Source of the DNA: the human T2T-CHM13v2.0 reference genome, Homo sapiens
Length of the DNA: 64,000 bases
Direction: 5' to 3' (one strand)
NCBI RefSeq assembly: GCF_009914755.1
Contig: NC_060930.1
Shown here: one piece after another, positions 55,180-64,000 of the stretch
How positions within the stretch are numbered: position 1 is the stretch's first letter
Layout of the letters: every line of letters begins with the position of its first letter
Position numbers and translations under genes: made by a program
The notes under the pieces: model-generated
Told to the model about the DNA's origin: nothing
Databases searched by the model: none
Seen by the model: only the letters and a program-made list of their open reading frames with translations

Positions 55180-57341
55180 CAAGCCAGACTTCGAAGTGCC
55201 TGGTATGGGCCACACAAAAGTGTCTGGACTTCCTTTTACAAAAAACAAACACCTGGTAAAAACCTTAAATGAGAGACTAAAATCGTCAGGTTTGCTTTAC
55301 GGAAAAACATCTGCAATTGAATATGCAAGCCTTTAGAAAAGAGTATCTCAGGTGTATTTCCCCCAATGTTTCAAGTTCTAATTTTCTTTGCCTAATATCC
55401 TCCTTTTCCTTTCCCTCCATTTGTGAAGCCAGCAACCTCAACATCACAACAGAGGCAAAGTCATCATCCTGTTCCAGAAGGGCAATTTTACATTGTCCTT
55501 GCTGTTGAGCCCACTGCCTTTTCACGCTATGAATTACGGCCCACAGTTGGGTCAGCAGCTGTGGGCTGAACAGCCACCTCTGTCGATTTCACATAAACTG
55601 ATGCTGTCTGAGAAGCCTTTAAAGTTTGGCTAATGGAATTCAGGAGAGGGGAAACTTCCCTTTGAATGGAATATGGAGTAACTCAAGAGACCTGAGTTGA
55701 TTTCAACATTCCCAAATCAAGTTCTGGAATTAATTCTTCACACACACACACAAAAAAAAACAAACCCAAAAAGCTGAGATAAATCTTTGTTCCAAGGAAT
55801 TGAACAAGAAAAGTATCTCAGGAAGGCAATTCTTAAAGGTTTTAATATGAAGACCCAATTTGTAGAGAACAGGGAAACTAAGCCAGAGGATTTGGAATGT
55901 CAGAGATGGTGTGATAAGACAAACATCCTTCCTAACTTTATTCATTTAGGACATCTTTGCCTGCATGCTTCAGATGCTCAGAGTCTTATTTCTTTCAAAA
56001 CAGAATGAAAAATTATTGAAACAACTTCAAGTAAACCAAGTAATTGTTCAGAATACTGAAGTAGATATACTAGAGTTGTAGCATAAGAACATTAGCATTA
56101 ATTTGCCCTCAATTTAACTCAAAATATTGTCAATATCAGTTATCCTTCCACCTGGATTTTTACAGTACACAACAAATGAGCAGGAGAATGAGACAACCGG
56201 AGTGGGAAGTCTGTCTGCTTTAGCGGTAATGCAGCCCACATTTAGTGCTCCGGGGGCCATTCTCTCCTCCATGAGAGTTCTTCCTCCTCCTTGTGAAAGT
56301 GGACTCAGCCCTGGGAAGGTTGGTCAGGCAGCCAAAGTACCAAAGGATCCTCACTTTTTGGAATTCTATGCCATTGTAGTAAATTTAGGAGCCCTAATAT
56401 GGGAAATAGGAATCCCAACAGCAAGCAAAGAATGAACAGAAGTAGAGAGAAGCAATAAAATTCCACTGTCTGAAAGCACCTACTAGCAAGGCTCAGAGAA
56501 AGAACCAAAGTCCTTGACTAAGAAGCAAGGTGTGGGAAGTTAGGGAGAAGTCTGAGGAAAACGCCAGGTGTAATACCCTACAACCCTATTTCCAGTCTTA
56601 AGAGGATGCTACTCTTTGACCTGCATATGGCATGACGCTATCCCAAATCCACATGTGTCTGGATGTCTGGAATCCAGTAGTGAGATGTCTGGATCTTCAC
56701 CCACAATAGCCCAAGTTCTTGGTAAGACTCCTGAAGTAAGGGCAGTGTGGATGCTGCACATGGTATCTGAGACAGTTTAAAGTTCGCTGGAAAAGGTAAA
56801 AGTGAATCTTGCGTCCCTGGGATGGAGGGAGGAGGAAGATCATTTTAGGAGGGTGTCATCTCTTACTTAACCCAAGCCAAATATTAGGAAAACATGGTTT
56901 TAGTGGGCAGCCCCACAAGCTACCACATTTTTTTCAACCTGCAATCATGCATGTGAAATTTCCTAAAGTCAGAGGTGAAAATAAACATCATAAAATGTTC
57001 AGGAAATGGAAATCTCTTGAAACTACATAAATCGGGCTGAGCTGAGGTTGTTCACGAGCCACTCGCAAGAAATCAGATCCCATTTCTCTTATTTAATGGG
57101 TTTGCTAAACCATCTTCAACAGACCTACTTCGGTGTCTTCTAACAGATATCTTCTACTAGCATCGAAGATGTTCACTGATATCTCAGAGCTCTTCATAAG
57201 AGCAGGGAGACACAGGATGTCTGCCTTTGTGGTCTGCCCTGTAACTTAAGCTGTTCCCCAAGGGTGCCAGCAATAAGGTGACAAAAGTTCTTTGATGGTG
57301 CAAGTGACTTTACACACACACACACACACACATCTTGTAGC

Positions 57342-58320
<979 letters not shown>

Positions 58321-58684
58321 ATCGTCAACCTCTTTAGAGGAGGAGCTCTGCCTGGCCCCTGGAAAAGGCGAGCTTCAATAAGCCAGAAAATGACCTAAAA
58401 GAAAAATGAGAGATGCCTCCTGGCAGGAGCCAGTGACTAGAACCCAAAAGGGGATCCCTGTGATTGATGCTCCACACCCTGCACCCCTCACCAGCTAGGA
58501 CCCTACAAAGCCAAAGTGTTGGAGGCTTAGCTGCACTCCTCTCACTGGAGAACAGCCATGTGATCGGAATCAGCTCTAGCCTGGATCCCTTTCATGCCTG
58601 TGCCACTACATAGCCTAATCACTCAGAAGGACTCCAAAAGCCTGCCCTTCAGCACTTCCAGTTTACTTTTTTTGGTGTTTTTTA

Positions 58685-59650
58685 TTTGTTCATTCGTTTA
58701 TTTAAATGTAATTATTGAGCTTCTTTTATGTTACCCATGTTGGGTGTTGGGATAGGTTTTCACAATACCAATATGAACACAGCAAACCTCTGACCATGAT
58801 CATACAATGTGTGGGGAGCTGGATCTATAAATATATGATTTCTATGCAACACAGTGGGTGAAACAGTTCAGAGTGATCAGACCTGCTTGAGGTGGGGCGA
58901 GGGCAGGTGATGAGATCAGAGAAGACCCCACGGGGGAGATGATGTTGGAGACAGGACTTGGAGGGTGAGTACTGGTAGCTGACTTTATTGAGCTGCTACT
59001 GTGAACTAGGGACTACTCTAAGAGTTTTATATGTGTTAACCAATTCAATAAGAATGGCACTGTTAGCCTCATAATAACGAAAACACAGGAAACCAGTAAC
59101 TTGTCCAAAATTACACTGTTCTTATGGAACTGAGCTGGGATTTGAACCCAAGTATCTGGCTTTGGAGTCTGTTCTTTTTTCATCACTATGCTGTTCTGGT
59201 TAAATAAAAGGCCTCTTGCTCAGAAGATGTGGAGAGTGTCGCAGCCACAGACTAGCAAGGTGCACATGAACATGAATGGCCAGATGTGGGGCAAGAGTTC
59301 TGGGTGGCAGCTCATGAAACTGGAGAGGGACACTGTGCAAGATCTCTGCTAGCAGGAGCCATTTGGATTTTAATTTATCAACTGAGAAATTATGGAAGGC
59401 TTTGAACCACTGAATGGAAGAATCAATTTTACATTTTAGAAAGATAACTTTCCAGAATAGAGGATGTACTGGTAGAAGGTGAAGCGGAAGGCAGAGAAAT
59501 CAATTAGGAGATTGTTGCAATGGTTTATACTGTGGACAAGAAGGGTGGACTTGTGTCTGCCTAGATAGTATTCCAGTAGTAGACTGAGTCTTACAGGGAA
59601 TGGATTGTATTTGAAAGAGATATTTAAATGGATAAGAAGGTATGTGGATT
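58685..59650 (-). mobile_element. L2 fragment interrupted by a MIR (~58975-59195, -)
   Basis: ttcattcgtttattt…tattgagc; ttttagaaagataact…caattaggagattgttgcaatggt; the MIR shows gagctgggatttgaaccca. Confidence 0.65.
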
Positions 59651-61296
59651 TGTTGGCACTTGATCCAAAAATTCTCCCTCCAGATGTCAATGCAATAAAG
59701 CAATTAATTGTAAGGCAAGATGATCCAATCATTGAAAATGAATGTTATGGGGTTTCATCCCTGCAAACTGTAAACCCTATAATCCTTCCTAAATGTAACT
59801 ACAAATCTTCTTTGCTTTTCAATAAATATTTAATAACAGGGGATTGCAGAGGAAGGCTATATTTCAAAAATCTTAATTGCTCTAAAGAAACCATCTGCAA
59901 ACTTAGATATTAACACACCTAATTGCTACTGAAACACGTTTATCAACGGAGATGATCAACAGAGATGCAAGCAATGAGTTTTCTAATCTTCGGGTGGGTA
60001 GGGACAGAAGATTGACAGTTTTACTGTTTCTAATTCAGCTTTTTCACGGTTCATACTTTTTCAGGTCCAATTTATCTTTATCTTAGCCTATGTGATGCAG
60101 TCCAATCCTTTGTTTCATCAGTAGAGTGTAGAATTTTTCACTTTTTCCTATATATTGTTTTTAGACAATTCACTCTTCCCTATTTTATATGCATTCAGAG
60201 ATCTCTTAGTGAGATCTTGTCCTTAGCTATCTTCTGTTCTACTCATTAGTTAATGTTGGCTCGGCACTATTCAAATCCCTCAGATAACAGTGAACCAAAG
60301 CAATTAAGTAACTGCCTTCATCAGACTTAGACTATGGTTGAGACTACAGACGTCAAACAAACTAACATGTAAAATCTTTGGAGCCAGACTACTAAGAAAG
60401 ACTATGTTAAACATTTTGGGGTTTATTCTAAGGAAAATGAGTGCAAAATGAAAAAAAATCACTAAAACTGAGGTTATTGTTCCTTGATTTTTTCTCTTGA
60501 TTTTTACTCAACTAATAAAACAGTGTGAATGGTCTAGAATTGGCAAGGGTGGGCAGAGGACGAATAGGGACAGAAAGTCAAATGACTCTCATTCTTGCCT
60601 TGGCCTTTCCATCAACAATTTTAATTAATTTATTTAAAAGTCAATATTGTTATTATATTTGAAAATAAATATCATTGGCATAATTTTCCCACATCCCATC
60701 TAGATAAGAAATACAACACAAAAACTTAAATTTCTGTAATACATGAAATGGCAACTAATATGTTCACAGAAACAATCAATTTTTTTTTTCCAGAGAAACT
60801 ATCATGACTCAAGTTAATCTGTTCCGAGGAAAGGAAGTGGAATTGGTTACTGATATGCAATCATTCATTTCTTATTTTATCAACAGTAATTAAATTGCCC
60901 GGAACTGTTGTCATTTAACAGCCTATTAATTGACTAATGTGCATTACTTGCATTCAGAGTATAGGTAAAATCCAGGGATTAAGCAAGAAGAAAAAGAGAT
61001 TTGCAAACTCTGCCTGTCATCCTGAAAGCAGTAAATTTACCTCATATTGCAAGGTAATTTATAAATGCTCAAGTAGCTGATATTTCAGAAGACAGAAACA
61101 TGTTAGTCTGAAAATACAGGAGCAGGAAGGGTCCTGCAGCCCCCCGGGGAGCTATGGAAGTTATCTCTTGAATCCTTTCTCATAAGCAGACGGATCCACT
61201 ACCCTTTCTCATCAACAAGATGCTTTCTTCTGCAGTCACTTTTTTTTTCCCCACAAAAAGGTCTCTTTTGCCTTTGCCAATGCCAATTCTTCAGAT

Positions 61297-61601
61297 TTCT
61301 TTTTCTTTTTTTTTTTGAGATGGAGTCTTACTTTGTCACCCAGGCTGGAGTGCAGTGGTGCGATCTCGGCTCACTGTAACCCCCTCCTACCAGGTTCAAA
61401 TGATTCTCCTGCTTCAGCCTCCTGAGTAGCTGGGACTACAGGTGTGTGCCACCATGCCTGGCTAAATTTTTTTTTGTATTTTTAGTACAGACGGGGTTTC
61501 ACTGTTTTAGCCAGGATGGTCTCGATCTCCTGACCTCGTGATCTGCCCACCTCGGCCTCCCAAGGTGCTGGGATTACAGGCGTGAGCCACCGTGTCCGGC
61601 C
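61297..61601 (-). mobile_element. AluSc-like
   Basis: ttagccaggatggtctcgatctcctgacctcgtgat. TSD of about cag(a/g)tt(t/g)cttttt. Confidence 0.95.
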
Positions 61602-63170
61602 CAGGTTGCTTTTAAGTATGTTATTTACATTCCTAGTTGGTGTTATTGCTATTTTTTTCTAATAGTCATGCAGAATATTTCCAGTTATCCATGTTTTATC
61701 TTTGTTTCCAGTTTTAGAAGTTTAAATATGCATGGTTTATAGGAACCCTGCAACAAATTTTGAAAGTCTGGACTGTTTGTTCATCAAAGCCTGAGGTTTC
61801 CTGAGATCTTCGCATCTTTGAATCTCCGGTATAGTCAACAGGCCTGAAACACAGAAGATGTCAAATGCTCGATGAATCGAATTGGGATAAGAAATAATTT
61901 ACTATAAATAACGATAAAAGAAATGACAAAAGTGACATTTATTAGCATTATTAAAAGTTGCAGTTCTGGGTTTTCGTGATCATAAATTGCCAGCCAGCCA
62001 AAGGCAAGCATCAACTTCACTCATAAAATTTTCTTCAAAGAAGCTTATCCCCAAACAACATTTCTGTCGGATTACCTCCAGCATAATTACAGTCCTTGTC
62101 TCCTTCCTATAGTCAGGAACTTTTCTCCCTTGTTGGACTTTGGGCAGAAAGTGAGGCCCTTTATGATCACAGCACTCTTCCCAGGAAACCTTTTTAATCT
62201 AGGCCCATTACAGCACAAGGAAGCATTTATATTTCTTCTGGTCTCAGAGCCACATGTTCTGCCGACCTTGCCTGAGTAACGTCTTCCCAGAAGCAAATCT
62301 TCTGGCTGCTCTATGCCACAGCTTACTCTCTGTAAAATGGAGATAACAGTGCTGTTCTAACCTACTGATGTATATGTAAATTGGATGTTTACCTTGGCAG
62401 GGAACTGAAGGTATGAATGGGGCAGAAGAAGCAAGTTGTCATTGTCCCTTCCATGTGGGCTCTTTCGTAGCTCGTTTCCTTTTGCTTCTCATCCTCTGTG
62501 GCTGACATTTTGTGGTCTCACTTATTTCTCCAATGGAAATGACCCACAGAATATTCTATGGTTTCTTGTTTCTAAGAAACAAGATGTTGGCCCCCAGTAG
62601 AAAGAAGCCCTCGTTGGGTAACTTGGGTGGAGTTGTAGGTGTGAATGAATGTAAGATGAGATCGTAAATGTATCTGTGCCCACACAGGCTGATATGTGAC
62701 CTTCAGTAAGTCTGGACCTCAGTTTATTTATCCATGAAACGGCAGGGTCAGAACAGGTGACCTCTAAGGAATTCTGCTATGGTCTATAAATTAAATAAAA
62801 CTGATTGCATTGATGGAAAAGAGATTCAATTAGGTTTGTCCACTTCTCTGAAATCAAAAGCAGCTGAAACCAAACTTTTCTAAAGAGGAAAAAATATATG
62901 CTGCCCATCTTTCTGGATTCTCTAAAAAACATTTTAATATTCCCCACTTCCCCCAAACTATGCATGGGATTAACTTTACCATGTTCTGTGTCTGTGTATC
63001 CAACCTGTTAACTTTTCTTTTTAAGGCCAAATTTGCGTGACAAAAGGTAAAATTTGTATTACCCCTCCATGCAAGGCTCGTAGAAGAGAGAATAATGGCT
63101 GAATGGCCCATTCTGGATCCTCTCAAATGACATTATAACAGAAGTCCTAACTAAATGCCCTAACGTGTAA

Positions 63171-63570
<400 letters not shown>

Positions 63571-64000
63571 CTATATTCTATTCTTTAGTTAACACAAGAG
63601 GACTTTGTTCTGCACCTGCTACTGTATACATCAGATGCTGTGTCCAAACATCTCACATGTATTATCTCTGCTCAAAGTCCAGAGTAGGAAGGGTCATTTC
63701 TCAATATTACCTCAAAAACACCATGAATGCTTCATCAATATATCTTTTCTCTCAGAGGCATTCAATTCTAGGCTTGATTTTTAATTTTGGAGTGAAAAGC
63801 CTTATTTCATGGTAAAGAGATGACTGCTATCTGAAGAGAATCGGGAGTTTGGGAAGGGCTAAGGGACCCTTTCTAATGTGCTGGGTATTAAGCAGCATAG
63901 ATTCTTTCCTTTGCCAAAGGCCAAACAGTATCCAACAGAGAAAAGTGTTGCCTGGCACCATACAATCCCATTAAAAACAATAAATATAAACACATCCAAC

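Noticed and set aside
54543-55248. Two similar peptides on opposite strands as paralogous mini-genes, or a DNA transposon with TIRs
   Set aside because: The similarity comes from the DNA inverted repeat. No TA or 8-bp TSD flanks the arms, and the arms look like L2.

Overview
AT-rich primate, most likely human, genomic DNA that looks intronic or intergenic. I see no protein-coding exon, CpG-island promoter, tRNA or rRNA gene, or CRISPR array. The ORFs in the track are explained by Alu or L1 sequence, simple repeats or chance. The window is a layered transposon record: 12 near-full-length Alus plus two fragments, L1 3' ends (L1PA5, L1PA13-16, L1MC1, L1MC4/5 and a ~45-nt young L1 tip), solo LTRs (MER39-like, MLT2A, MER41-group-like, MLT1), hAT fossils (MER53, MER5, MER117-like, Charlie4-like), and many MIR and L2 remnants and microsatellites. 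The most unusual feature is an ungapped ~127-bp inverted repeat (54612-54738 / 55053-55179, ~91% identical arms). It appears to be two ancient L2 3' ends that resemble each other far more than L2 copies normally do, which suggests hairpin-driven homogenisation or a maintained long dsRNA stem. Also notable are a near-perfect 13 x 33-bp G-rich minisatellite, an MLT2A LTR retaining its DUX4-like site and splice donor, a minus-strand recursive-splice-like motif, and several small templated duplications and foldbacks. All repeat-family names come from my recall of consensus sequences, not a database search, and boundaries of old elements are approximate.
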